Under the pieces are notes generated by a model. The model searched no databases, was not told the origin of the DNA, and was given only the letters and a program-made list of their open reading frames with translations. DNA of 63,954 nt, filler included, from Elsinoe ampelina (lineage: Eukaryota): the NCBI GenBank assembly GCA_010093995.1. It is 17 parts of 17 records of this genome, joined end to end, with 100 filler letters (N's around TTAATTAATTAA, not from the genome) between each part and the next. Parts side by side here need not be neighbours in the genome. Positions count along the whole stretch, not along the records: positions 9,618 to 14,175 come from ML992597.1; positions 14,276 to 18,597 come from ML992599.1; positions 18,698 to 22,922 come from ML992600.1; positions 23,023 to 27,239 come from ML992601.1; 13 more parts are not named here. One strand, 5' to 3'. The translations under genes and the position numbers were made by a program. Numbering within the stretch: the stretch's first letter is position 1; every line of letters begins with the position of its first letter. Shown piece after piece: positions 12,599-23,697 of the stretch.

Positions 12599-13697
12599 TC
12601 ACACCAGGCCATCATAGAGGGACAGCGCCGATACGATCGTCTCGTCACGCTTAGAACCTTCCTTGAACTCCTCCATGTCGAGGCTGCCGTTCTCGTCCTT
12701 GTCCATCATGCGGAAGATCTTCTTGACGCGCTTCTCGGGAGTGTCCTCGTCTTCAGGTAGCTTGACCATGGAGCCGACCTGAACCAGTCAGTTTCTGATT
12801 CGTTCAGAGCATTGATGCACCTTACCATCTTGTAAATCGCCTCGACAATGGATAACATCTCTTCGTAGCTGATCCTTCCATCTCCATCAATATCGTAGAG
12901 CTGGAAAGCCCAATCTAGCTTGTCCTCCATCTTCCCTCGGCTTGTAACACTCAGGGCGCAGATGAACTCCTTGAAGTCGATTGAGCCAGATCGATCCGCA
13001 TCGAAGACATTGAAGACGTAATCGGCGAAAGATGAAGGGTCTCCGAAGGGGAAGAATTGCTTGTAGATCTTTTGAAACTCTTCTTTGCTGAGCATGCCCG
13101 AGGGGCAGTCCTTGAGGAAGCCTGTGCCGATTAGGATCAAGATCCTGGCCTTTCTCATGCTAAGCCTTACCCTTATACCATTGTTGCAACTCTTTCTTGT
13201 CAAAATGGGTCGCCTTCTGTAAATCCTGTAGCTCCTGCTGAGAGAGCTTGCTCTGACTATTTTCCTCAATGATCAGCTCATGTCCTTGAATGGTCACGCG
13301 AGTGATGCAAGTTCGAGATCTAAGGTCCTGCTCCAGGTGATGGACAGCTGCCTTGAGGGCAACTTTCTGGCAGGCTTTGAATTCAGGATAGCTGTGGGAG
13401 GGCTGGCGGGGAATGTGCTTGGGTCGGGTTCGAGCGAGATTGACGACAATGACGGTTTCTGCCAGACAGCTGTCGGCGTGAAGGTTGAAAGGGGGCGCTT
13501 TTGCGAGATACATTGGTATTGCGCTGAGATCGTACGGTCTATTTGACGGCTCTGTCTCGCGATGCTCGAGGCATTCAAGCCCGCTATCCTCCAAAGAAGG
13601 CTTCCAGAGGTCGGAGACGATTGGGATAAATGTTGCGCATTATGACGGTAGAGGGGGCAGAAAGACAAAGAAAGAGGGCGACGAACCTCTTACCCAT
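12599..13697 (-). CDS. NCS1: Neuronal calcium sensor-1 / frequenin homolog, 190 aa; exons 13697-13687, 13256-13171, 13121-12826, 12778-12599
   Basis: Spliced product is [41 protein letters not shown]...[14 protein letters not shown]...[14 protein letters not shown]...[35 protein letters not shown]. It has an N-myristoylation-type MG start and EF-hands. GT-AG introns are 430, 49 and 47 nt. Confidence 0.96.
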
Positions 13698-15180
13698 CGT
13701 GACGAAGACGAAAACGGACCGGTCGCTCCTACCGCTGCTGGTCGGTTATGAAGAGTATGTCGTTGGATGACGAAGATCCGAGATGATGGTCGATGGTTAG
13801 GTTACGGTATGCTCGAATGCTTCGAAGCAACAGCAGTCCGGATGCTGTCAAGGAGGTCAATGCTGTAGGTATGTGATGCTAAGGGAAAAGAAAGTGAGGC
13901 TGGGAAGATCGCTACTTTGACCCAAGTGCCATCAAGCTGCTGGCCTAGCGAACTTTTGGCGACGGCGGGGGGTCCATTCACGCTTTGCGAAAGTGTGTGA
14001 TGATGGTGGGGTATCTTTGCTTGGGGCTGTGCATCACAACCAAGCGCCCGCCAACTTTTTTTTCTCTCCCATTCGCTGGGAAATCCTGGCGGCTCTGCGC
14101 TGGCCCAAACACCCGCCGATTCGTCGACTTCGTCAGAGTGCGACACGGCGTCGTCGTCTGTCGCTTCACCATGTANNNNNNNNNNNNNNNNNNNNNNNNN
14201 NNNNNNNNNNNNNNNNNNNTTAATTAATTAANNNNNNNNNNNNNNNNNNNNNNNNNNNNNNNNNNNNNNNNNNNNGGGGAGGTTGCTGACTGGGGTAGGA
14301 TGTGAGATGTCTTTATGATGGGCCGCAGAGATGATTGTGCAGCGGTTTGGTACGGCATGGGTCACTGATATACGTTATGAAGGTACATGTTGGAGCCTCC
14401 ATTCAGGCGGGTCATGCCACTCGGCCGACAGAACAAAGACACATCAGAGGTCCGCATCTATACGGGTTCGTCCTGGGGATGTTTTAGGAGGCATTGACGT
14501 AGTTTCTGAAAGATTGCGAACCAGATCGAAGTGGTCTGTATCTTGGGTCTGGCGGTAGACTTTGTTGTTCGTCCATTAGGGGCAGATGGTCATCCATTCG
14601 GGCGCATTTTTCGAGTGTCAACCGAGGTATAAGCTAGAGCGCCAAGAAGGACCCTGATTCAGTTCATCCCCTGGTAGAACTGAACACTTATCCACCACTC
14701 CACCAGTTTATGATCAAATTGGATGGTTATTGTCTCAATCTGTTGTTATTCAGGAGTTCTTTTGATTCAGTTATCTCTCAGTTCATCAGGTTGAGTATTT
14801 ATGTAGTTACAATCCACCTCAGTTTGGTGGATCAGGCAGTAATTAATCCTTTTTCCTCCCCCACACAAGTCAACATCGAGACGTCGTCACGTGACCGTGA
14901 TGTCTCAGAAGGTGCACAGCGGGTATCGCCTGAGCTTCTCATTGTCACCACATGTATTCGATATAAACGTGTTCTTCTCTTACTTGTACTCGTAATGCCT
15001 TGTAACATATGCGCCACGAATCTGTTTCCTCGTGAGACCAGCATCTCGCTTACAACAAGACACACCATCATACCCTAACGACCTCCCTCAGGACTTCCAC
15101 GCTGTACACCTCCCTACGCGATCCTCCCACCTCGAGCATCTACATCCCAACACCACATCTTCCATAACAGGCGAAACGCC

Positions 15181-15891
15181 ATGTCCTCCCCCTCCCCCTC
15201 ACCCACCACCACACCAACCTCCCCCGACTCCCTCCTCCACACCACCCTCTCCTTCGCCACCCTCTTCCTCTCCTCCCTCCTCCTGTCCCTAGTCTACGCC
15301 CCCCACCCCTCCCAACCCCTCCCCCGCACCCCTCCCCCGCACCCCCGCTCCCGCCTCCGCCCCCTCAACCTCCTCTCCACCCTCCTCGCCGCGGGACTCA
15401 ACCTCCACCGCACCCCACCAGCCACCACTTTCCGATCCGAATGCCTCGCCCCTAGCTCCAGAACAGCGCATTGCGTCTCCACCTGCGTCTCCCTCGCTCT
15501 TGGACCAGTGATTTACGGCGCGGTAGGGTTCGTGCTGCCTGATGTTTTGTCTGCGGCGTGGAGGAAGGTCCCGCGGTTGACCAGGCAGGAGAGGTACCTC
15601 GCTGGGGTGGTTGTGGGGTTGGTGCTGGGGTTGTCGGCGTGCTGGGCGGTGTTGGTCAGGTCGGGCGCGGAGGTGGTGGGGTATTTTGTGGTTTGGTGCG
15701 TGGTGGGGCGTAGGGAGGGGGTTTTTACTTGGGGTGGGTTGGGGGGAAACGTAGCGGTGACGGTGCTGGCGGGGATGGGGGTGTGGTTGATGCAGTTTAA
15801 GGGGTTGGAGGGGGAGGTGGGGAGGTGGGTTGGGGGGAGGGTGAGGGCTTGGAGGGGAGGGAGCGGGATAGGAGGAGTGAAGTCATGGTGA
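15181..15891 (+). CDS. Hypothetical multi-pass membrane protein, 236 aa
   Basis: Intact ORF with ACGCC-ATG context and several hydrophobic segments. It shows the same C-rich 5' / G-rich 3' pattern as neighbouring real genes. No family recognised. Confidence 0.65.
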   Translation: MSSPSPSPTTTPTSPDSLLHTTLSFATLFLSSLLLSLVYAPHPSQPLPRTPPPHPRSRLRPLNLLSTLLAAGLNLHRTPPATTFRSECLAPSSRTAHCVSTCVSLALGPVIYGAVGFVLPDVLSAAWRKVPRLTRQERYLAGVVVGLVLGLSACWAVLVRSGAEVVGYFVVWCVVGRREGVFTWGGLGGNVAVTVLAGMGVWLMQFKGLEGEVGRWVGGRVRAWRGGSGIGGVKSW

Positions 15892-15939
15892 CGGATGCAT
15901 TCTTTAGGACGCTTGCTCAGACTATGGTATGCTACAATT

Positions 15940-17232
15940 TCAGGAAGTCTGCTTCGACTTGTCCTTTCCCATGACCCTCCGTCGCATTCTCTTCAGCGTA
16001 GACAGAGCTTTCTTGAGGGTGAATGCTGCCAGCTCACCATTCCCTTCTTCGTTCGTACCACGCCTTACCGCAATGTCCATGTAGTCCTTCCGCTCTGTGT
16101 CATGCTCGCCAATCGGACAAACAATGCCTGCATATTTGAGCAGGATCGTGTTGAGGATGAGACGACAGATGCGTCCATTACCGTCAGCGAAAGGATGGAT
16201 GTTGACAAATTCTCCGCAAGCGTGAGCGGCAATGTAGAACGGGTCGATGACTTCTTCCTTCTCTGCCTTCTGTAAATACGCGTTGAGATCTGACACGAAG
16301 CGGGCCATGACTCCAGGAATGCGTCCAGGAACGACAAAATTGTTGCCTCCCGCACTAACAGCATGGCGACGATATTTGCCAGCATAATCTTTGCCTTGCG
16401 CGGTAAGTATACCATCTTTTGTCGTGATGGGAATGTCTGAGCAGAGAATATGATGTGTCTGCTTGATGAGGTCCTCGGAGAAAGCCTTGTTGTCGCGAAT
16501 GATTTCGTCCACCATGTGGACAAATGCCATCGCGTGATTGACTACTTCGCGGCGCTCTCTGATGTGATGCTGTCCAGAACTGTTCTTACTGATGAACTGT
16601 TCGAGGCGTGCTTGATACTCCGCGGATCGGGGAGGAATGTCTTTCAAGCCTTCGCCGCAGATGACCATGCGACACAATTTGATTGTCTCATCGAGGTCAC
16701 AACCAACTCTTTCAATCTGGTTGGACCCAAATACTACCATCGTCATTTGTTGAAGCAGCTCGTCGTCAGCAGTGTCCACAGACTTGTCGTCATTCGCGAG
16801 TTGACTTTTCATGTCCAGAATGTGATTGCTGGCCTCCTTGAATGCGACTAGAGCAGTGACATTGGTGTTTGCCTTTGAGTAATACAGTATGCCGGGCTCA
16901 ATACGAATAGTGAAGCGAGCGTGATCTTGTCCACTAGCTTTTCCGATGGACGACCAGCGGGGCCAGTGAACTGACGTACTGTCCATACTGAGGTAGCGGA
17001 TCAAGCTTTTGTGAGAGCCAGGTGACTTTATCGGTGATGAGACTAGTGTATTTGGTGAAGACATTCCGATCTTTCCCATAGGACCAGAGAAGAGACCTGA
17101 TGATCCTTTCGATGGAGTGACATTAGGTGAGAGTTTGACCTTCTCCATCTGAGCAGAAAGTGAGCTGGCAGCATCTGGGAAGACACTAGCAATGCTCTTG
17201 CGTCTGTGTTTTGGAGTGTTAGGGCTTGCCAT
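15940..17232 (-). CDS. Fic/DOC-domain protein (putative AMP-transferase), 430 aa
   Basis: Canonical Fic loop HPFADGNGRICR (16162-16197), AGKYR flap region and an SNQIER inhibitory-helix-like motif (16708-16725). Ser/Pro-rich N-terminus; uninterrupted ORF. Confidence 0.9.
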   Translation of the reverse strand: MASPNTPKHRRKSIASVFPDAASSLSAQMEKVKLSPNVTPSKGSSGLFSGPMGKIGMSSPNTLVSSPIKSPGSHKSLIRYLSMDSTSVHWPRWSSIGKASGQDHARFTIRIEPGILYYSKANTNVTALVAFKEASNHILDMKSQLANDDKSVDTADDELLQQMTMVVFGSNQIERVGCDLDETIKLCRMVICGEGLKDIPPRSAEYQARLEQFISKNSSGQHHIRERREVVNHAMAFVHMVDEIIRDNKAFSEDLIKQTHHILCSDIPITTKDGILTAQGKDYAGKYRRHAVSAGGNNFVVPGRIPGVMARFVSDLNAYLQKAEKEEVIDPFYIAAHACGEFVNIHPFADGNGRICRLILNTILLKYAGIVCPIGEHDTERKDYMDIAVRRGTNEEGNGELAAFTLKKALSTLKRMRRRVMGKDKSKQTS

Positions 17233-17766
17233 GTTGTGTCAAGTGAATTTAATAGTGAAGTAGTGAGTGGTGTTTTATGCGAAGTGCTGTGTGAGTGTCG
17301 ATGGTGAATTCAGGAAGAAGAAGTGAGAGAAGACGGACATACATATTCGGTTTGACGTGAGTCATCTGATGCGAAAAGAAATCAATAGGAAGGTTTGTAA
17401 GATGCTTTCGCCACATTGCATGTGCCAGATATGAGTGTGAAAAGGCAACATGTTAAGCTTGAAGTCATTTGCAAAGCATGTGAACATGTAAGGCTATGTG
17501 CCTACGTACAAGAGGTTGCTTGGTCAATCTGATCAAGTGGCAGTGCGTAAATTAACGATCAGTCTTCAATGAATCGGAGTCTAATCAGCATCGTAAGTAT
17601 CAATCTTACGTTGTGGATAGAGGCTATGAAGTGAAAAGCAGCAATTTGGCTGCATTGCGGCTCTGCTTGACATGCGGAACAATTCCGCCCATTTTCAGCT
17701 CACCTCACTTGATAAACGCTGCTCAAACAACTGCCCTGGTTCCTCAAAGCCATTGACATCGCCATC

Positions 17767-18597
17767 ATGCTTCCCATTCTCCAGACCCGTTATCAGCGGG
17801 TGGAGAAGGCTCTTGACACTCTTCTAGAGTCAATCACAGCCTACAATCCCTCTCTCACTGCAGCTGACGAGCTCCTCGCAGCAGATGATGATGTGAATGA
17901 GGCCCTTACATCCCTCGCACAACATCACACCAACTACGGTCGCATTCTGTCCCTCCGCGAGACCTCCGCCAACCTCGACACCCAAATCAAAACCACGATT
18001 CGCACCCTCGCCGAGACCCGCAAGACCCTCCAAAGCATCGCTCTCCCACCCTCCTCCCTCCCCACCACAACCCAACAGTCCTCCTCCGAGCATAGACCAG
18101 TCCGGGTAGACGAACTCCTCTCCTACGCCAAATTCATCTCCAAGACCACCGTTCCCCCGACCCGTACCCCGCCTATCCAATCCGACGCACCACCTCCGAC
18201 CGACCCTGCTCCCTCCCAAACGAATGGCCTTTCCGCCCCTCCCATAAAAACCGAGCCCACCTCCCCCAACCCAGCCAGTTCCGCCCCGACACCCGGCCCT
18301 GCCCCCACCGAACCCCCGACCCAAGGCGCCACCCTCCGCCGCGTCCTCCCCCCCGAAGTAAAAGGGGACTTCATCCCCTGGCCATCTCACGAGATCATCA
18401 AGAACGGCGGACTGGGTGCCGTGCAAGCGATGGTTGAGCAGGGACGGGATCCGGGGGAAGTGACGCTGAGTAAAGAGGAGATGGACGCGAAGGAGGAGGA
18501 GGAGAGGAAGGAGAGGGAGAAAAGGGAGGAAGAGGAGAGGATGAGAAGGGAGGAAGAGGTGAGGAGGAGGAGAGAGAGGATGGAGCAGGCTCATGTG
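17767..18597 (+). CDS. MED4: Mediator subunit 4, 3'-truncated by the gap
   Basis: RVEKALDTLLESITAYNPS...L..H..NY.RI..LR coiled coil, V.VDELLSYAKFISKTTVPP, FIPWPSHEIIKNGGL and an E/R-rich tail. Confidence 0.9.
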
Positions 18598-18697
18598 NNN
18601 NNNNNNNNNNNNNNNNNNNNNNNNNNNNNNNNNNNNNNNNNTTAATTAATTAANNNNNNNNNNNNNNNNNNNNNNNNNNNNNNNNNNNNNNNNNNNN

Positions 18698-19744
18698 GAG
18701 ATAAGACTTTAGAGAGAAGAGTACTAGTAGTAGTAGAGTTAGTATAACGCTTATAAGACATATATATAAAGCTAGTAGAGTAATAGAAAGAGACTTTCGC
18801 CTACTAGGCTAAGTACTATAATAGGAAGTATATACTAAGAGTATATAGCGTAGGTAACTTAGTACTACTCTTAGTTAAGAACTTATAGCTACCTATACTA
18901 AAGAAGAAGATAGAACTATAATTCCTTAGTCTATTTTATATACTTAACATAATTAGATTATAGGTATATTACCTAGCTTTACCGAGTTAGTATTATATCT
19001 ATAATATCTTTTATATATCTCTTCTTAAACTATAGATAGGTAGAGCTAGTAAGGAGCTAGAAGAGAGTATACCTCTCGCTAACGAAGTAGATAAGTAGAT
19101 AGTAGAGAAGATCCTAGGTAGGAGAACTACAAAGAGTAAGGTATTCTACTTAGTAAAGTAGAAGGACTAGCCTATCGAGTTTAATAACTAGGAACCTAAA
19201 GAGAATTACGTAAATATAAGAAAGCTAATTACTATATATAAGTTATAGCCGAGAGTAGCTAAGAAAGATTACTAAAGGTATAGATTATAGAGTATATAAG
19301 TAGATAGATTATATAAACACATAAATAGGGCAAAAGGTAGACTCCTTATCTAGAGAAATATATTTTAATAAAGCGCTATACTTACGCTACTATTATAGGT
19401 ATTAACCTAAACTCTATACTCTATTATGCTTTATATAAGGCCTTATTATAGGTATAGCGCTAGAGATACGTACCTAGCTTATATATGCCTACTCGTCTAT
19501 ATTACTACTCTTGTCTACCTCTATACTAAGATCCTCCCCTATAGGTACTATAGAGACTATAAGCTACCTACTAGCTATAATATAGTTAATTTTAGTAGTA
19601 GAACTACCGGAGTTATATACTATCTAAACCTATTAGCTATATTTATAACGTATAAGGAGCATAGTCTAACTTACCTCCTTACTAATAGTAATTAAGCTAT
19701 AAAGGCTATACCTAATCTTCTATAGCTTCTTAACCTTCTTACGT
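18698..19744 (+). mobile_element. RIP'd Gypsy family G2: end of integrase, chromodomain and start of the 3' region
   Basis: Colinear with 37120-38163. De-RIP'd HNVFHVSLLKPW and W.VEKILGRRT.KGKVFYLVKWKDWP.EFN.WEP. Confidence 0.9.
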
Positions 19745-22700
19745 CACGAAAATCCTAGGGCGTAGAAACGCTAGAACTGCTAGCGATCTAGTATTTCTAG
19801 CTCGCTCTATGTCTTAACTATTACTAGTCTTACTAATCGCTCTAGCGCTCGCTAGTCTTACTAATCGCCCTAGCGCTTACTAGTCTTACTAATCGCCCTA
19901 GCGATCGCTAGTCTTACTAATTGCCCTAGCGCTCGCTAGTCTTACTAGTAGTCCTTATCGTTGCTGTCTATATCGCTACGTATAGTAATTAAGAGCTACG
20001 AAAGTATAAATAAAGTTACAAAAGGCAGACCGTACTAACCGAACTAGGTTAGCTATTATAGCGACATAAACATAGGTCTACTTTATAAGCTAATATAGAT
20101 TCTATATTATAGCTAGTACTAGTATAATATATAGCTACCTACTTCGTAAGGCTAATTATCTACTTTGCCTTAGTATTTTATAGACTTAATATGTTTAGTA
20201 TAGAGATTGTTCTATATTAGATAGTCTTAGACGTAGATAGACAATATAGAGTATTAATTGTTAATTAGGGAGCGGTATATATTATCGCTAATATGCTCTA
20301 TAGATATAAATAGCTTACTCTTCCCTACGAGGCATTATAGGCGTACTAGCTCCTTAAAGGCTAGCTCGTCGAATACCTTATTACTCTATTTAACTATTTA
20401 ATCTCCTTTACCTCTATCTCCCTCGACCTTATACTATAGTAGTACGTAATTATCTATAGGGCTAAGTCGCTTTAAGACTATAGTTAAGATAGTAGTCTAT
20501 AACTTCCTCAATATTATACTTATTACTATACGGTAGATTGCCTCTAATTTACTATCTACGTGTCTTCTACGTTGTCTCTACTCTTTATCTATAGCTACTA
20601 TAGGAGTGGCCGTGCTTATAACTAAGGCTGTCCTAATAAGTAGGTATAGTTAAGGGGCTATAAACTCGGTATAGAACTTACTAGCTAGTCTAAGGTTACT
20701 TAAACCTATCTCCCTATACTTCTCGTTAGATAGTAATCCTATAATTACTTAGCGCTTATATCGTTAGAGAATAGTAATACGAACTAGGATTAATTAGTAG
20801 CGAAGTAGATTAGTAAGAGGTACTTATTATTATAGGTAGGCCTATCTATATGCCGGACGAACTACCTATACTACTTATTATTTCGAGATAAGAGGTAGAT
20901 ATATAAACTAGCTTATCTAGGAAGCGAAGTAGGTTAAGATGTTATATAAGGCACTATTATTATATAAGTTGATATATATACCTTCTACGTCGTTACTTAC
21001 GTTAAAGGGTTATTAATACATGCTCTGTCTTATCTATTCTATTAGTTATATGTTTTACTCTCTTTAGCCCTATCCGAGACGGTATAGAAGCGTCTTCTTC
21101 GCTATTATCTTCTAGTCTATTAAGTGTGTTAGCGTATAAGGCGATGTTACTCTTAATAGTTATCCTCTAAGATAGGTTATGTTAACTGTTGGCTAGATTA
21201 CTTATTCTTCGACCTAGCTTCTATATAAGCCTCGATCTTCGACCTTCGTATTATAAACAAAAGACATAGTCGATTTAGTAGAAGAGCTTATATAGATTAA
21301 TAAAGTTATAGCAATTGTATCTTAGCTAAAGATCTTTATTTAAGCTAGAGAATCCCTAGGACATAATAAATAAGACATTATAGATAGTTACTAAGAGTAA
21401 TATAATAAGAAAAACAAAAGGAGAGATAAAGTACTACCTTATTCTTAGAGGTAGTATAAGACTATAATGTCTATAGTAAGTAGTACTAAAGGTAGTAACG
21501 AGGAGGCTACCTAAATATCTTCTGTCCTAATCTACTAAATAACCTAGTATTAGAGTAGGTAGAGAATATACTTACTACTTTCCCGTCCTTATATTTATAG
21601 CTACTATTCTCTAGCTACTCCTTTACCTATTCTATTGTCTCGGTTAAGCTCCGTATTTAACTTTCTAGCTATACTTCTATAGCTCTCCTAATACGGTCTA
21701 TAGTGCTATTATAATATTTATGTAATACTTCCCTAATCTACTTCGTTATTCGGCTACTATACCTTAGTACGAACTAGACTTACTTTTCCTATAACCTTTA
21801 AGGAAGGGACTAACGGATATTTCTTCTTAGGGTTAGTCTCTATATATAAAGTTCTAGTCTGTTGCTAGTAGTAGATAATACTACGCTTATACTACTCTTC
21901 GTCTACTATTAGGTTTATATTCTTACACCCTATTACTCTAGTTATAGTAACTACGTTTAAGAGGGCAATAGTGTTAATAGTAAGGTCTTATATACTAGTA
22001 GAGATTTAAAACTTAGTGTTAATATCTATCTCCTCTAAACCTTCTACCTATAGATTATAGGGGCTTTCGGTTTAAAGACGAGAGTCAATATTACTATTAG
22101 TAGTAGGTTATTGCCGTTTGTAGCTATAGATGCTTATTATTCTTACACTATTAGCTATAGGCTTTCGGAAGATAGCGATAAGCTTATATTTCTCTCTATT
22201 ATAAACTACCTATCGAGGTTAAATTATAGAAGCTTTTATCTTCTTCTTCGTCGTTACTTAGTCTTTTACTAGATATAACTAGATATCTAGCTATAGTAGT
22301 TAGATTAGTAGGACACGTACATTAGTAAGTTAAGATAGTTATATATAGTTACTTACGGTTATCGGCAGTGTTTAATAGTAGATAAAAGTATAATAGCTTA
22401 ATTTATAAATAATTTTAGTAGCTCTCTAATCGATAGAGTTATTAAATCTACGTATAGGGATAGTAGTTACGTCTAGCTAATCTTATACTACGAGGCTGTT
22501 ATGCTCTCTCTCTAGTCTAACTAGCTCGTTATATTTACTTTGCCTTACGAAATAGATTAGGTCTTAGTATAATAGTACGAGGGTAATTATATTACTAATG
22601 CTACTACGATTACTAGTTATCTCCTTACTTCTTCGAAATAGTATAGGCTTTAGCGATATTAACCGATAGCTTAGATAGCATCGGACTATAATAGTGTATT

Positions 22701-22922
22701 TTATAGTAAATAGGAGAAGGCTATACTATATTATAAGACACTTATTTCTATATTAACCCTTCTACTCGATCCTAGGACTTAGTACTATATAGGAGCCTAT
22801 TTGTAAGCTTATCTAGAACATTAGACGCTAGAGCTAAACTAGATCTAGGTAGGATATCTAGTTCGTAGAGCTTAATCTTATACTATTCCTTAACCTACTC
22901 TTAGTTAACCTCTAGCCTATCC
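19745..22922. mobile_element. Unidentified RIP'd element that interrupts G2
   Basis: Homology to the other G2 copies stops abruptly after ...CTTCTTACG (19743). RIP signature and subterminal tandem array; no recognisable domain. Confidence 0.5.
19824..19947. repeat. 28-bp tandem repeat (CTAGTCTTACTAATCGCCCTAGCGCTCG) x4.4
   Basis: Units start at 19824, 19852, 19880, 19908 and 19936 (partial). Confidence 0.9.
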
Positions 22923-23022
22923 NNNNNNNNNNNNNNNNNNNNNNNNNNNNNNNNNNNNNNNNNNNNTTAATTAATTAANNNNNNNNNNNNNNNNNNNNNN
23001 NNNNNNNNNNNNNNNNNNNNNN

Positions 23023-23697
23023 CTATATACTAAGTATAAGTGTTTAGAGCTAGAGCTTAAGGCTTAGAGCCTCGAGGAAGAGATTAAGTAGATATATTAT
23101 ATACGTAATATAGGATACACTTCTACTAGCTTTAGCTATAGCTTATATGTCTCTATAGAGTACGTAGTAAGCAAAGCTAGTACTTAGAGTATATATAGTA
23201 TAGATAGATTATTTATAAGACTATCCTTAGAACAATCTTAATTAAGGAAGCCTTATCTCTATTAGGGTAAGACGCTTAAAGAGATAAGATCCTTTCTAAA
23301 GGATCTTAAGGTTATCTTTACTCTAGCCTCTAAGGCTTATTCTACTAATTAGTAGAAGGTGCTATATAGAGTTATATTTCTTACTAGCGAGCTAGATAAG
23401 ACATAGTATTACCGCTACTATATAGATAGCCTAGAGAGCTATATATAGAAGTAATTTTACTAGTTTATATAGGACACAGTTAATAACTCTATTAACTATA
23501 GAGTGTACGTAACTCTCGTATATAAGGGTACCTAACAATGTAAGGGCTAATCTATCTAGGCCTTTACCTTAGAACTTACTACTCTAGAGGAGTAACTAGC
23601 TCTCTACTTAGAAGAATAAAGAGTATACTATCTCCTTACTAAGTTATAGCCTACGCTATACACTACTATTATTAAGCACTATACTATTCTAGCTACT
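23023..23697 (+). mobile_element. RIP'd Gypsy G2 gag fragment (host of a G1 insertion)
   Basis: Colinear with ~59790-60462 until ...TATTCTAGCTACT, where G1 begins. Confidence 0.85.

Noticed and set aside
14171..14175. CACC-ATG at the contig end as the start of a gene divergent from NCS1
   Set aside because: The context is good, but only 5 nt are visible before the gap, so it cannot be supported.
9618..18597. Host genes captured as cargo in a giant transposon (Starship-like) amid the repeats
   Set aside because: Adjacency to repeats is only through artificial linkers, the genes are mostly core housekeeping genes, and no DUF3435 captain is visible.
19426..19695. Tyr/Leu/Ile-rich ORF (and 90-284) as small proteins
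   Set aside because: The composition is the direct product of RIP (TAT/CTA/ATA codons) inside repeats.
19824..19947. 28-bp repeats as a CRISPR array
   Set aside because: The units are head-to-tail with no spacers, and the context is eukaryotic RIP'd DNA with no cas genes.
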